DNA of 64,000 nucleotides from Octopus sinensis. Lineage: Eukaryota. The notes beneath the pieces are model-generated. The model was given only the letters and a program-made list of their open reading frames with translations, made no database searches and was not told the origin of the DNA. Location of the stretch: positions 1 to 64,000 of the forward strand of contig NW_021835470.1 of NCBI RefSeq assembly GCF_006345805.1, in the 5' to 3' direction. The translations under genes and the position numbers were made by a program. This document shows, one piece after another, positions 36,858 through 52,758 of this stretch (its first letter is position 1; each line of letters opens with the position of its first letter).

Positions 36858-37602
36858 TCAAGCTTCTTTAGATTTCCCTCTGCCAAAACGACTGACAACG
36901 CTTGAATTTGGACGGCTCGAGGCCATCGTAAAACATTGTAGACGCTTAGGAAGGAATCTTTTAAACACAAGTCCATATATATGTAGGTATTTATATACAT
37001 GCATGTAAACATAGGTATAGATACATATTTGTAAATATATGCGTTTGTGAGTGAGAGAAATAGAGAGTGAAACGGGAGAGAGATGGAGAGGGTACGTGTA
37101 TGTGTGCATATATCCACTCAATGGTGTGGGTAGGGCTGGCTGGAGCCCATGGACACAGAAGAAATGAAGAGAAACCTTTTGAAAAAATTGACACAACACG
37201 TATAGCTTTTGTTTAGCAATTATGAAATTGTACGTCATCTTTAGTAGCAGAATTTTCGAAGTACGATTTAACAAAATCTTTGATTCAATACTTCTGGCTT
37301 TGCTAATTATAGATTTGATTCCATCATTAGTTATATAGAAAGGATTTTGCGGTTAATGACAAAGAAATGTGAATATTAATTTATCCTTTTAAAAATGTTA
37401 TATCGAATGGAAAAATCATGTTTCTAATCAACAGGTTTCAGCCTGTGAATAGAGAAGTTGTTTAGTTTTTTAACATTTTTTTTCAATATCAAAGAGGATA
37501 ACAAGAATCCATTGTTAAAAGGGTAACTAGAGGAAAAATCGCGCGCACACCTGTACACGCGCAAACACACGTAGACACATAGATACACAGATACATACAT
37601 AT

Positions 37603-37647
<45 letters not shown>

Positions 37648-38410
37648 AGCTTCTTAGATTTCCCTCTGCCAAAACGACTGACAACGCTTGAATTTGGACG
37701 GCTCGAGGCCATCGTAAAACATTGTAGACGCTTAGGAAGGAATCTTTTAAACACAAGTCCATATATATGTAGGTATTTATATACATGCATGTAAACATAG
37801 GTATAGATACATATTTGTAAATATATGCGTTTGTGAGTGAGAGAAATAGAGAGTGAAACGGGAGAGAGATGGAGAGGGTACGTGTATGTGTGCATATATC
37901 CACTCAATGGTGTGGGTAGGGCTGGCTGGAGCCCATGGACACAGAAGAAATGAAGAGAAACCTTTTGAAAAAATTGACACAACACGTATAGCTTTTGTTT
38001 AGCAATTATGAAATTGTACGTCATCTTTAGTAGCAGAATTTTCGAAGTACGATTTAACAAAATCTTTGATTCAATACTTCTGGCTTTGCTAATTATAGAT
38101 TTGATTCCATCATTAGTTATATAGAAAGGATTTTGCGGTTAATGACAAAGAAATGTGAATATTAATTTATCCTTTTAAAAATGTTATATCGAATGGAAAA
38201 ATCATGTTTCTAATCAACAGGTTTCAGCCTGTGAATAGAGAAGTTGTTTAGTTTTTTAACATTTTTTTTCAATATCAAAGAGGATAACAAGAATCCATTG
38301 TTAAAAGGGTAACTAGAGGAAAAATCGCGCGCACACCTGTACACGCGCAAACACACGTAGACACATAGATACACAGATACATACATATATATATATATAA
38401 TATATATATA
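36858..38410 (+). repeat. Near-perfect 786-bp tandem duplication with junctions in (TA)n
   Basis: 36858-37644 recurs at 37645-38410; identical spurious ORFs are offset by 786. Confidence 0.93.
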
Positions 38411-40285
38411 TACATACTTACATATAAGTGTGCATACGTACATACGTACATGCATACACACACACAAACACACACACACACAAACATATATATATATACA
38501 TATACAAAAAAAAGGCTTCCTCGATCTTTACTCAAATTTTAAGAGATTTCTATTTTAAAGATCAAATGGGAATCAGAGAGAGGATGTATCATGTATTATA
38601 TTCCTAATTTCATCAAAATATGTTTGTGTGTGTGTGTCAGAGTTGATAAGAAGTTAGACTTGTAGACATGCGTTCGTGAGTCTAATCCCCACCACCTGCT
38701 CAGTATTTTCGGTAAGTGACGCTGACCATGACGACTGCTCTACTGAATTCTTGTGAGGGTAACGGTAAAATGATATTGTAGAAGCCCATATTCGGAATTG
38801 AACTGGCAATCCGAAGGCCAAACTTGGTGCGCCTAGTATGTTTTTTCCATGCATTAGAATCTATTTACTGGTAAATGTGTCTGTGCAATAATCTCTCGTT
38901 CTAAATATTAGTGAAAAAGCTGTTTGTTTGATAAATCAACTGAAAAACTGACGTCGAAATTAACGGACTTCGGTTTATTATTTATAATCTTATACGAATA
39001 TATAAATGTGTGTTTGTGTGTGTTTGTTTGTGTGCGTGTTTGAGTCGTATGTTTCCTCATAGATAATTCAAATATTTATTACAGTGCATATTCCATTATT
39101 ACAAAGGAGAAAAAGAAAGAGAGAAAACGAAAAATGTAGAGTAAAAATTCGAGATGATTTTAAATACAGAAATTCAAAATATATCCTTTATTAATTATGT
39201 AGAATTGTTTAATACATTTAAATGGAAATGCGTTGAACATAATTCAAGATACTGATAGTTTTTTCTTGTTTCTATTTCCTGTTATTTTTATGGAGATATA
39301 TGCTTTTTACCTTTTTCTTAGGAAATAGATTTAAAATAGAAGGAAATTCCATTGTAATAGTTAATTATTTTGCTTCACAATTGAGTTTGCATTCAAAATT
39401 TAGTTTGCATTCAGTCAACAGTCTTGAGGATTAAGTTTATATACAGAATTAGTTAATTATGCTTGTATTTATTGTGTTGCTGTGCGTGCGTGCGTGCGCG
39501 CCCGCGCGTGTGTGTGTGGGTGTGTATGATTGCAGTAGTGAGTTGCAGTTTCTGCCAATATTATCTTGCTTAATTTCTTGTTAACAAAATTGCGATATGT
39601 ACATAATTTATATCTCGTAACGCAGATGTTCTGAGATAAATACAACAGCTCTTATCATCAACACTCGATCAGCCAACCTTACAATCTTGACATACCTTAC
39701 AATCCGACACATATTATACTACTAAAGGGTTTTCCTGAAATGTGTATTTTTCATATAGAAATATATAAATAGATCGGACGCATTTTCAAGAAAAGAATTG
39801 AATATGTTTAATAAGATAGAATCATTTATAGACTCATTAAAATTGTTATATTTACGTTGTACACCAATTCAGGCTGACAGAAAGAAAGTTCTCAAAACTT
39901 AAGATAAAATGCTTGTATCATTGTTTGTCAAGGCTCTGTAAACTCCAGAATGTGAATTATGTAAATATCTCTGGCTAACCTGAGTAGATATGATAAACAG
40001 TGTCTATAGCACTGCCTCAAAGGAGGTGAAGCATTCATGGAATTGCTCTGGGGTTGTAAGTATGAAAGACACACTCAACCCGATGAGGTACATTAATGAA
40101 AATCATATCAATACAGTTTGACGATCAGAAACAAGTATTTTTATATAAAAATTATTCTAAATGTATACTATGTATGCAGTTTAAACATCAAATGTACTAC
40201 TACTATACTGATATAAAAAGCATAGTATTGCTTTCACAGTCTAGCGATGCATGCTTCACGATTTACGTGCTTACTATATCAACCC

Positions 40286-40607
40286 ATTCCCAGACCGGGC
40301 GTTGTGAGTGTTTATTGAGCGAAAACACCTAAAGCTCCTCGAGGCTCCGGCAGGGATGGTGGTGATCCCTGCTGTACTCTTTCACCACAACTTTCTCTCA
40401 CTCTTACTTCCTGTTTCTGTTGTACATGTATTTCAAAGGACCGGCCTTGTCACTCTCGGTGTCACGCTGAATATCCCCGAGAACTACATTAAGGGTGCGC
40501 GTGTCTGTGGAGTGCTCAGCCACTTACACGTTAATTTCATGAGCAGGCTGTTCCGTTGATTCGGATCAACTGGAACCCTCGTCGTCGTAACCGACGGAGT
40601 GCTTCCA
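40286..40607 (+). mobile_element. SINE family B, tail B2, 5'-truncated
   Basis: Matches 30527-30846; near-TSD ATATCAACCCATT / ATATCATCCCATT. Confidence 0.88.
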
Positions 40608-42289
40608 TCCCATATCATCCCATTGTCAGGTGACTGGTACTAGGTGACCGGTGATGTTTCATTTGGTAACTATTTCGTTTGTTGTAAGGCTATGGAGTTG
40701 AAGACAGCTTCCAGAATCAAAACGCATCTTCTGTCTAAGGATTTGTTTTGAATAAACTCTTCTCGGTGTAAGTATATTCATTATCAGAGTGAACCAGGAA
40801 TATGTTGCAATGGTGTCCAATTATAATCCACCAGATGCAACACTCAGCATTACATTTTCGCAAACTACAATATGATGAAGTGGTTGCAACAGAGCTACAA
40901 CATTGGAAAGATTGATTCTATTATATATTTAGAGGGAAGAACTTTGTGAACTTCATCATATATAAAAAGCTAAGAAATGACTTGTTATTGCCCTATTTCG
41001 GCACACATAACAATACATTAATGACAGAAACAGTTTGATATTTATCTAATCTCAATATAAATAGTTTGCATTTTGTAATATATTACCCAAGTAAAAGTAA
41101 ATACAAAGTATAATTTATAAATGCGGTTTTGATATAATACTATCGTGCTATCGGGGATCAATTCATTGAAATGGCAAATAGTACTACGAGAACGAAATTG
41201 ATGTGGTCACTACAATTAATAAATTGATAGCATTTTTGAAGACACATCATCTAATTGAGCTGTGAGTAATAGCATGAAAGAAAACATATTATTTATGATA
41301 TTTGTGATAAAAAATACTATCAATATAATTAGTAAATATCGTACGAATGTTAGATGTAAAAGGAAGATAGTTTCAAATATCATACTGTCTTCATCCTATG
41401 CGTCCAACAAAAGACAAAAGCATCGTTTATCAAAAATAAATGGGGCAAGTTGTAAGTGAATGCAAACGAAGGAAACCGCACTTTCGTAATTTACGCAGCA
41501 GTTCTGTCTTCGCCAACGTGTGAGGAGCAATAGCATTCAGTTACAAGGAAGTGTACTATCAAACAGTCACGATGGATTTAGACTAAGGTCAATGAGAAAT
41601 TATGGAAAAACAATAATGCTCACTATTGATTGTGAAGCAAAATGAAATTTAATTAATACATTGGTATTTAAAGCATTCAGAGGATTAAAACTTGAAATAT
41701 TTAGCAAAACATGTGAAGCCAATGTCTTTTCCTGTAGCTTAGCTTCATTTTCTTGGTGCGTGTATTGTCACACTTGAAATAGAATTCATTGGTCGTATTC
41801 ACTGGGTGTTTACTATCAATGACTGACCGTTGCTTATAAGGTTGTGGGACAGCCTCTTCAAATGGATTGGCTTAAATTGCATAAATTACTTCAATAACCT
41901 TGCAACAGCAAAATACGATGCAATTCCTGAAAAAATAATTCCCTGGAGCATCTAAAAATATTGGTAAGTTAAATTTATCATCTTGAAAATTTTGTATATT
42001 CAGTAATAGACAGAAACGGGCGGGAAACTCACTACATGTGAGAAAATCAACAATTAGATACAGGCCATGGAGCGAGTTTAATATTAAAAGAAAACGACAG
42101 AAAATATTGTTGTTAGTCGTATCAGCTGATTAATCTTAACTAATATGACAAAATTTTGATCAGTTCAATGTGAAATCTTTGGATATTATGTGAGAGAGAC
42201 CGTTAGGTTACAATGGATCTCTTGAAATAATGGCATTTGATGGCGAGGTTAAACAATTTACAGACGTAGTACAATATTATATGATGTAT

Positions 42290-42482
42290 TAAGGTAGCAA
42301 ACTGGCAGAATCGTTAAAGCGGCTGACAAAATACCTACTCCATTACATTCTGAGCTCGAATTCCATTGTAGTCATCTTTATCTTTCCTGCCTCCACAGTC
42401 GGTAAAATAAGTACCAGTTGAGCACTGGGGTCGACGTAATCCACCAGCAACCTTCCTCAAAATTTCCGGCCTTATATCTATT
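42290..42482 (+). mobile_element. Old family C (Nin-like) SINE
   Basis: AAGGTAGCAAACTGGCAGAATCGTTA head; GTCGGTAAAATAAGTACCAGTTGAGCACTGGGGTCGA core. Confidence 0.65.
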
Positions 42483-44072
42483 GTATATATTGTTTCATAT
42501 ATATATAATACGTATACATATATTATTATACATATATGAAACGTTATGAAAGTGGTTTCAGATTGTTGAGTTTATGCCTTTATGAAATACTACTATTTCT
42601 GTGTAGGATGTATTTAGTGTGTGGGTGTATGAGCGTGTGCAAAAGAGTCAGTATAAAGTTCAATCTTTAGAACAATCAGTTTTGTTACAAATATCAAATT
42701 ACTTTATTTCCTTAATTGTTATTGAAATTTAACCTTGCCCTTAGCAATAAAATCATTTCTGCTTCCTGAGTTATCGCATGAATCGCATTTAACTAATTTG
42801 TTTAATAAACTAAATAAAAGAGTTATATGTTTTTGTGATCGATTCAATATAATGGCTGTGATATGATACGAACCTATCAGTAGAGGTGAACCATATAAAA
42901 CAAAAAATATCCCGCAGGTAAAAGAGAACTATAAATGTACAGTGATTAATTTATTTTCATATGATTTATATCAAGAATTATTATTTCTTAACTAAATACA
43001 TGATTATGCACTAACTGAAACAAATAGTTATGTAACTCAATTAGCTAATAGTAATTATTTAATGAAATTAATTGAAGGTCTCACAAATATCTGATTCCTT
43101 TCACTTATTGCAAGCTATTTCTAAAATGGCAGGCAGTAAATGGTTTAGTAAGTGTTGATAATTCTTTTGACGTTATCTGTTTAATGTAATAATATTTCAT
43201 ATTTCATCTTTTTTCACAATTCGAATTGTTTTCATTCAATACAAACCACCTTTGGGTCAATTTCACCAGATTGCTAATAGTTTCATTTACAGGAATCTCT
43301 GTCGCCTATAAGCATGCACATTATTAGCTATTGAAATTGCAAATAACTACATCAGTTCTCCAAGCTGTAACAGAAAGAGTGTTCTCTCCCCTGCGTTAAA
43401 AGCATTCTTATCGACAAAGAATTTATTTTATGGACAAGATGCTGCGAATCATATTTGCATTTCCAAATACATTCCGTGTAACTACGACGTATGTGTGTGT
43501 GTGTGTCGGGCGCAAGCGGGATGCCAACTGCTCTTTTACCGAAGGACAAGAAGCCGAAACCAAGAAGCTGAACGGACGCAATGCTGAAGGGACATAAAGC
43601 CGAGCGCGTATAAAGGCCAACGGACACAATGACGAAAAAAAAACCTACATAGTACATGGCTGTGTGGTAAGAATCTTGCTTCCCAACCATATGGTTCCGG
43701 TTCCAGTACTAAAGAATATTATATCCTCCATTTAAAAGATTTCCAGTGAAGGGAAGATAATTTAAAAAATACTAAATATATATGTATGTATGTATGTATG
43801 TATATATAATTTAGTGAAAAAACACTATTAAAAATTCAATAAAGATATGTTATTCACACCATATAGAAAACATATACTATATATAAAAACGATTTTTATA
43901 TAGTATTATATAGTATGTTTTCTATAGGTTGTTTAATAGTGATATAAATAATATACATATGTTATATAATGTAAAATTTATATAATGTAAAATTTGATTT
44001 AAAATTGTTAAATTGAATTTTTCCCTGTAAGTTTTGGAATTATATTCCCTACTATTATTAGGGTTATTAGGG

Positions 44073-44107
<35 letters not shown>

Positions 44108-46244
44108 CATACAAATTGTATATATATATATATATATACAAAGTGAGGGAAGGAAAGGCAAGAAATATAGAGTAAGGAAATGACATGTAGAATTAATATA
44201 TTTGTTTCATATGTCTGACGCCATTTTTACTTCCGTTTTGTGTTCGAGATTATAACAAAATTCTTCGGTGTCTTATAGAATGGAACGTTTATTTCCTGTA
44301 CAATTGGAAAATTTACCATGTCACTTAGAATAAATATATCGCCACAGAACACTTGAATTCGTATTTCGGAAAACACAAGCAAGGAAACAATGAAAGGGAC
44401 TGAAGATTAATAACAAACGGGATCAAGAGAATGCAATGGTATGGTTGATAGTCTGAGTTTGGTAATCAATTTTCAATAAAGCCAGACCTGTTGCATCATT
44501 CACTTATTTCAAAGATTTGACTTTCGCAGGTTGAGCAGATAAATATATGAAAGAGTAGTGCTTTCAGAAATCAAACCTTTTCACCTTGTCTTTTTTCTCC
44601 CGCTTTAGAATTGAATTACTTTACTCTGAAAAACAGACCATTCTTGTTCATTATTGTTACATAGAAATCACTTATGTTGTATAGTTCCTGTATTGGTTCA
44701 CAAAGTTAGGTTTATATTACATTTACCTATAAGATTCTGAAGTCGATTCGGTCAACTAAATGTATTGCATTTGAAAATAGTTATTGATTTTTCTTTGTTT
44801 CATGCCGCCTTATGAAACTGATTCCATATTGTCCTTTTGCGAAAAATATAAAGGAAATATTATGATGAATTGATTCTGTATGTGAATGCTAAAGGTGCAT
44901 ATATTTCTGAAATATTTTTTAATTGATTATAATTTCACTTCAGTAACTGCATCTGCTTGGATGCTTTTCAAAACTGGAAAGTTCTGAGCTTTTATAAGAA
45001 TTATTTCAAGCGTTTCTTGGTTATTTATTTAACATGCCTGTGTAAAGAAACAGCAGCCAAAACTTAAAAACAATCACCAGAATTAACTATGTATCTTCAT
45101 AAAAGTGATCATATAATTATCAAAATGCAATTAAAAAGCGTAACGAACAAGCAAGCTGAATTAGATAAAATTAAACACTACAGCTTACTATTATTCACGT
45201 ATTTCAAATTTATGAAAATATAGCTAGAACTGCAGTCTAGATTTGTTAATATTACGTGATGTGTGCAGCAGGAAACAACCATTTAAAATTAGTTACTTCA
45301 ATAGATGCTGGATTAAGGCATTCCACTGAGAGCTTCGTTTACTTTTGACCGTTCCTAATAAAATATGCATTGTCGTTACATGTATAATCCCTATGGCTTA
45401 ATTCAAAAACACAGTTGATAGGAATTCACATGTATTTCTGCAACATGGCATCTAGAAGCAAAATATAAATCCTCTTTTATTTGTCCACTCCTGACATCTT
45501 TCTGGAAAAATCTACAGAATTTTCGGAACGATATTGAGCTTTAGCTGAGAAGTATACAAATAAATAATCTCCATAAGTGCTCCTATGTTTTAAATCCAGA
45601 AACTATTCTTAACTCAGAAATAGGAACCCAGCTTGCATGTGTGTGATATCAATGCAGATTTTACATTAGGAAACACAATCATATATTAAGATTAGGAAGA
45701 TTTCTCAGAAAATATCCTTTGAATAGAAACAATTTCTGCTAAAGCTAACTCTAAATCTCATACTAGCTGTTGATTTTTTACTTGTACATAGGGAGATCTA
45801 ATTATGTTCTCGTGAACGCTTTGTACAATAGAATAATTTCTCAAACTTTAAACAGTTCCGACTCTAAAACGAATATATCAAATTATAAAGAGAGACGTTT
45901 CAATTGAAGTTAACGATGTTTTAAATAATCAATTGACAGTCATTAAATGGACGAATAATGATAATTGCTAATTAAATTTCTGAAATCTAATCGTGTTAGT
46001 CTATTTCTTATTCTCAGGGACACCACAAATTCGTAAATGTTCTGAATCATTTGTAAAACAGGCAGCCACTTCAAGCTTACAAACTGAATATTTTTTTATT
46101 TGAAAAATAAAAGCATAGATGCACCTAATAGGAGAATCTGAAACTCTACACAGTGACTTGGAGAATAAATTAACATAGAAATGTACTTCCAGACATATAT
46201 ATTTCAAATTTACAGAAAACAAATGATGAAAACTGGTGAGGAAC

Positions 46245-46390
46245 AACAAGCAGGTATATTAGTTTAACACTCGGGAAGAATGGAGGGGTTTTTGCCGTAT
46301 CGAGCCTACGCTCTTCGATAGAATGGATTGAGAAAGGTGGGAAAAACGGAGATACAATGGAAAAAAACGAGAGAGAAAAAATGCGTATGG
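46245..46390 (-). mobile_element. Family H HHR-like repeat, copy 2
   Basis: TCGAGCCTACGCTCTTCGATAG core and TATTAGTTTAACACTCGGG flank shared with 19814-20003. Confidence 0.6.
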
Positions 46391-49300
46391 ATTAATGAAA
46401 TGGCCGTATGCGGGTGTATATGTATCACATTCATTAATGTGGCATATAGAACTGCAGTGTTTCTAAACCTTGCTGGTATACCGTGAATATTAAATATTCT
46501 ATTTTATAAATTTAAGATTAAACCCAGAACTGCCTGGAAATTAAGACTAAATGGTAAAATATCTTTTATAACCCATGAATGCTAGCGATAAAACCAATAT
46601 TTTATTGATATGTTCACTGGTATACGCCATTTATTTCGATAAATAATCATGTGGAAAAATACTAAATTATGAATTTCTCAATTTATTAAGCATATTTACG
46701 TGAGAAACATCAGCTCTCACTCAAGATATTCGGTTTCAGAAAGCGCTACTGTTAATATCAAGAAGACTTATCAAAATTCAAGAAAAGTACAGTTTACATT
46801 ATCATGTTATTTTTCTTTTGCTCTTTTTTCTCTTGTTTTGTTAATTCTTCACTGAATGAACATAGCATCAAAAATATTTGTCATGATCAACTGTCGTTCT
46901 TCTGTGCACCGTATTTTTACGATATGCGATGTGTATCATCTTATTGGGGATCGTAGGCTGTAATTGGAAGGACATTTAATTATTTCTGGTAGCTCGAGAG
47001 ATTGTTTCCCGTCACACTCAGCAGAATAGAAAATTGACGATTTTATCTTCAAGAAGTTATCACATTCTCTTTTGACATTTTTTCGTATAACTCTATAAGT
47101 ATTACTTGTATGAGAAAAAGCCTACGCCAAATATTCCCATCTATCTACCAATAATTCACGTTGTCAAGGAAATACTAAATCTGTTTTATATGCAAGAACT
47201 TGCTTAAATGATATTTTAAAATGACAAATTAAAGAAGAAAAAGTTTAGGCAAAACATGGATATACTACTTAAAAGAACTTTACAAATATTTCCATGTGGT
47301 AGTAAAAATTTAGAGTCAAAAAATTACTTAAGAATCATCATAAAATATCATAATAGTAATACATTAGAATATTACTTTCTTTTGTACAATGTGTCACATT
47401 TTCAGTTGAGTACAGTTGTTTATATCAAAATCAGTGTACAGAACTGGTATGTTATTATAATGAATAAACAGATGAAAGACAAACTCGATCTTGTCCGGAT
47501 TTAATCTCAGTATGTAAAGGGTTGTAACTTAATACCGCTTGACACATTGTCACACTAAAGAGTTTGCCAATCCAACATCTAACCATATGTTATTGCAAAT
47601 GTTTCAACATCCCTGCGCGCGTCAGAATAAATTAGCTGTCGGCAGACTCAAAAAGTATTTCATTGTATTTTGGCACTCCGTATATCACGGAATATCTTGT
47701 TTTTGTCCTAGCCCGAAAGAAGAATTCTTCTCTATGAGTCTTCCAAGAGGAAAACCTAAAATAATAAACACAGCAAAAAAAAAATAACAGATCTAGTTTA
47801 AACGGACCTAACATACATGTTAAAGGCTTAGTACTCTGTTAAAGATGCCGGCTAAATCTCCTCCAGAACACACCTTATGTTGGATGATGTTCCTTAGATA
47901 TGCTAACGGTTGGAGCAGTTTCATAGAGTGATGCTGACAGTTGGAACTCGATCAAGGCAGAAGCTGGAGTTAAATAATTAAGACTTGCTGACCATTTAGG
48001 TATGTGGATGTAAAATGATGACAATTTATTTTAACTGGTGTTAAGCACTGATTATTTCAATTTGTCAACCACTTCAAAAAAGCATAATGCAAGTTATTTT
48101 TTGTTTTATTTAACACTGTCTTTAAAGAAAAAATTAATGATAAAATCTGGACCGGCTCAATTGGTTTAAGAAGCTATATAGAATTTCAAAGAATGTGTTT
48201 CAAATGACTGTCATTTTCTGTGCTTAATTCCAAATTAAATTTGGATTTATCAAGACGTCAGAGACAATAGAAGAAAACGATATTAAAAATAAGAATCAAT
48301 TATGCAGAATAGTGTGATACTTTTTATCCATTCATTTTGGATTTCTTTACAGCCGTACATGTCAACTCTGTTTCTTTTTTTCTAATTTTCTATCAATAAT
48401 TGAATAAATGTGCGTGTATGCATATGTGTGAGAGGTTATGTGTTGTGTGTGAGAAACTAATATTCATGAATCCTGAGAGAGTAGCTTATTGTTCACAGAA
48501 TAACAGCTAGGACAAATCAAGGAGACAAGAAACTCTCAGGAAATTCTATGTTCGTCGGAAAGAACAATAGCTCTTGTGAGAAGAATATCGCAGCTCTGCC
48601 ATTCTGATGTGACACGTACCTAACCTCAGGGCAATCACGTTATTTCTTGGGCAACATACACTGATGCTGCTGCTGATGATGCTGGTAGTGTCACTCATGT
48701 TAGCCGTCATGATGATGATCAAGAGATTACGGTCTTAAATTAGACGAAGCAAATCTTTGAAAAATCCATATTTGTTCATTACTGAAAACTGTGGAAGATC
48801 TATAAATAAATAAAAGAAAAGGAAAGAAGTAGTAGAGCAACAAGAAATGAAAATAAAATAGCCACAGCAAATAAAAGAACAAAAAAACACACAAAGATGG
48901 CAACTGTAAAATAGAAGTTACTATTTTTTTATATTGTTTATTCTGAAGATGTTATTGAATTTTCACAGTTGTGGATTTCAGGAAAATTAAGACCTTGTCT
49001 TTATTAAGCAGACACTCAATTGGTTTGTTAATGCTGAGTAAACAGAGGTTTTAAACCAACAAGAAAACCTGAGAAATGTTTGAATTTAATCGGATTATTG
49101 GAAAGAAAAACAATACACAGAAGAGAATAAAATAAGATGAAAAACAAATAAAGCTTCCACGACCATTACTTTTACTTCTACTAATACTACTGATGCTTAT
49201 TATTACCAAATATAATTGAAATATGAACTGCTACAATACCAAGAACAACCTGGCCATAATTAGTGATAAAATCAACAACAAATAACGCATCACCAATAAT

Positions 49301-50177
49301 AATTACAACAACTCTCAAATAGAACACTGCAATCATCATAAAATACAGTAATCTAAATAAGTGCAACGAACGACAGTCTCAACAAAATAGTAATCAGAAA
49401 AATATGAACATAATTATAATTGTTTTGAAAATGTAAAAATATTGTACGATAATTTGTAAAATACTCCAAGCAAATCAAAAACTAAAAATCAAGGAAAATT
49501 ATAAAACCTACTTTAACAACAGCAATAAGTAAGTAAATGTATTGAAAGTTATTGAGGTTTCCAGGTTTTAAAATTCGTTCTAAAAGCAATAATATGTACT
49601 AACATTAGATAGAAAGGCAAGTAAAAGGTAAATGAAAGGCAAAGAATGAAAGGAAACAAACAAGACAACAAGGAATTTTGAAATCATTCAGTTTGTATTT
49701 GTTGTTTTTATTTTAGTACTTTAATATATTCCATATGGCTTTGAAAGCTGCTGTTTGAAAATGCAAATTAGTTTAGTCACGACAGAAAAGTAGAAAACAG
49801 GAGACGAACAGTTTCACGATACACAAAATAACTCTTAGGCCACGTACTTATCTATAGACTCTATAGTTTAACAGAATTAAGACAGGATCCAATGTGGATC
49901 ACTGTAGATAGATGCACCTCCAGTAAAAATATGACTGCCAAAACTCTCTTAAATACACCAGTTACTTTCTTAAAAGAGGAAAGATGCAATGTGTAACATT
50001 TCCGTACTTGCAATACCTCTAAGACGTATTATAAAACGGTTTGTTCCTGCATTAAATACCACTTGATAAACGCTAAGTTGACACTGTCTACGATTATAGC
50101 TAATACTTCCACTATATTTCTGCAAAGCCTACACTGAGTGTAAACAACTAAGAGATTATTATTACTATCATTATTGA

Positions 50178-50450
50178 TAAGGTGGTGAGCTGACTGGACC
50201 GTTAGCATGCTAGGCAATATGCTTAGTGGCATTTTGTCCATCTCTTCGTTCTTATCTTATTTGTGGATTCTTATTCGTTCCACTGGTGTCGAATTTGCCT
50301 TTCATCGTTTTTCGGCGTCGATAATATATGAATTTGTGAAAATATAAACCTGTCAAGTACACTGGTCGATGTAATTGGCTTCCTCATCCACTCCAAAAAA
50401 ACAAAAGAAAAAAAAAAGAATTGCTGGTTCTCCTCAAAAATTTGAAACTA
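50178..50450 (+). mobile_element. Old family C SINE
   Basis: AAGGTGGTGAGCTG..GTTAGCATGC..ATGCTTAG head; TTTGCCTTTCATC..GTCGATAA core. Confidence 0.6.
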
Positions 50451-51040
50451 TTAGTATGAATATTATGATTGCTCTATTACCCCTCAGTCATTACGACTGA
50501 AACTTAAATTGTCTACATTTTTAATCTTTTTTCTAATTTATCTTGAATGACAAACCAGAGAATCGCGGCTAATAAAAAAATTGGGTAATAAGGAAATAAC
50601 GATAATTTATTTGGTTTAATATAAGTTGTAAGTGATTTTTCTGTTTTATGAGTAAAAGTGCTAAAAATGCTAAACTTTTCCAGTTTATCACCACACAGTT
50701 ATTTTTGATCTATTAATTTCTTTTTTTCTTTAGGCTATTCAAGTTATTTTTTAGTATGCATTGAATTTGTGTTCTGTATTTATGTTCTATCTCTTTATTT
50801 ATGATATTCATAAATTGCTAGTAGAACAAGTAATTCTTTAAAAAATATTTCTGCAACAATAGAAGAAACTTTTGATGTAAGGTGCAAATTTTCGTATAAC
50901 CAAATTCACCAGATGCTTTTATCTGGAAATTTTTCTTCTAAATTGTATACTGGATCTTCCATCTGTATTTAGTTTGTTTGTCATCAATTTTTGCCTATAG
51001 TCTCACACTGATATATGCATACATGTGTATATGTATATAT

Positions 51041-51528
<488 letters not shown>

Positions 51529-52555
51529 ATATATATATATACAGAGAGAGAGAGGGAGTGAGAGAGAGAGGGAGAGAGAGAAAAAGGGAAACGGACGCAT
51601 GGAAATGTATGTGATTCGAAATGACCGATGGCACGTCTTTAAGTCTTAGCTAGGCGTTCGCCCACACGGCATACACGCGCATGAGATAGACAGACAGGCT
51701 GAGAGATAGATCGATAGATACACATATGTATGTATGTATATATGTAAGTATCTAGCTATCTGTCTATCTATTTATATATGAGTCTTTAAAATACATCTAA
51801 ATTACAGAGAGTAACCGTTAGCAGCTATGTCTGTTTACGACTGATCATGACAGAAGAATTTGAAAGAGTTTTTTGTCTTTTTCCCATAGAACATTCAGCA
51901 TGCCAACGCTCGTCTCTCTAATTTGATTGTCACTTCCTAATTTTCGTCACATTTCATTTCATTGAAGGAAAACTTGAAATACGCTAAGTAATTTTCACGA
52001 TAATTTCTTCTAAAGGTTTAGGTGATAATTCTATATCAGTTTCCCATACTGTTCCTTGAGATCTTAGACTGAGAAAATTCGATAGAAATTGAATAATTTC
52101 TAAAATGAAGAACCTGATATTTACCAATGATTAATTTTATTTGTCATTAAAAGACGTGTCAGCACGCTTTTTAAATTGAACTTACTTCAAAGCTATTAGC
52201 AAGCAAACCTATCATCATCGTCATTAAAATTACCATTATCCTCATCATGATGAAATTCCTCATCGTCTCCGACATCGATGTTGCCATTCTCAGCTTACAC
52301 ATACACATACAAAGAAATCAACGAAACTTGGGGGTAAGGCGTTCGCTTCCGAATAGCATCACTCAAGTTTAGAACTCACGGCATAATATATTTGACAGTT
52401 TTGTCTCCTCCATGGTTTCCCCGAGTAGAGTAGGGAAATGTGAGTGAAATTTAGATCATGGATCAGAAATTCTTCCTATGTAAATAATAAATGGATCTGA
52501 GGTCGACGTTTGCAAGCAGATGCCACAGTATGACCACAGTTGAATGTCTGATGTA

Positions 52556-52698
52556 AGGCACGGCTGTGTGATAAGAACTTTGCTTTCTAACCATATGGCT
52601 TTGAGTCTGCGAGGCAACTTGGTTTAGTGTCCTGTCCTATAGCTCCGTAATATAACCTGAAGAGTAGATTAGGTTTACAGAAACGGAATGAAGCTCGT

Positions 52699-52758
<60 letters not shown>

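Noticed and set aside
43500-43600. Possible small coding exon (VGRKRDANCSF...)
   Set aside because: No convincing splice acceptor or recognisable homology
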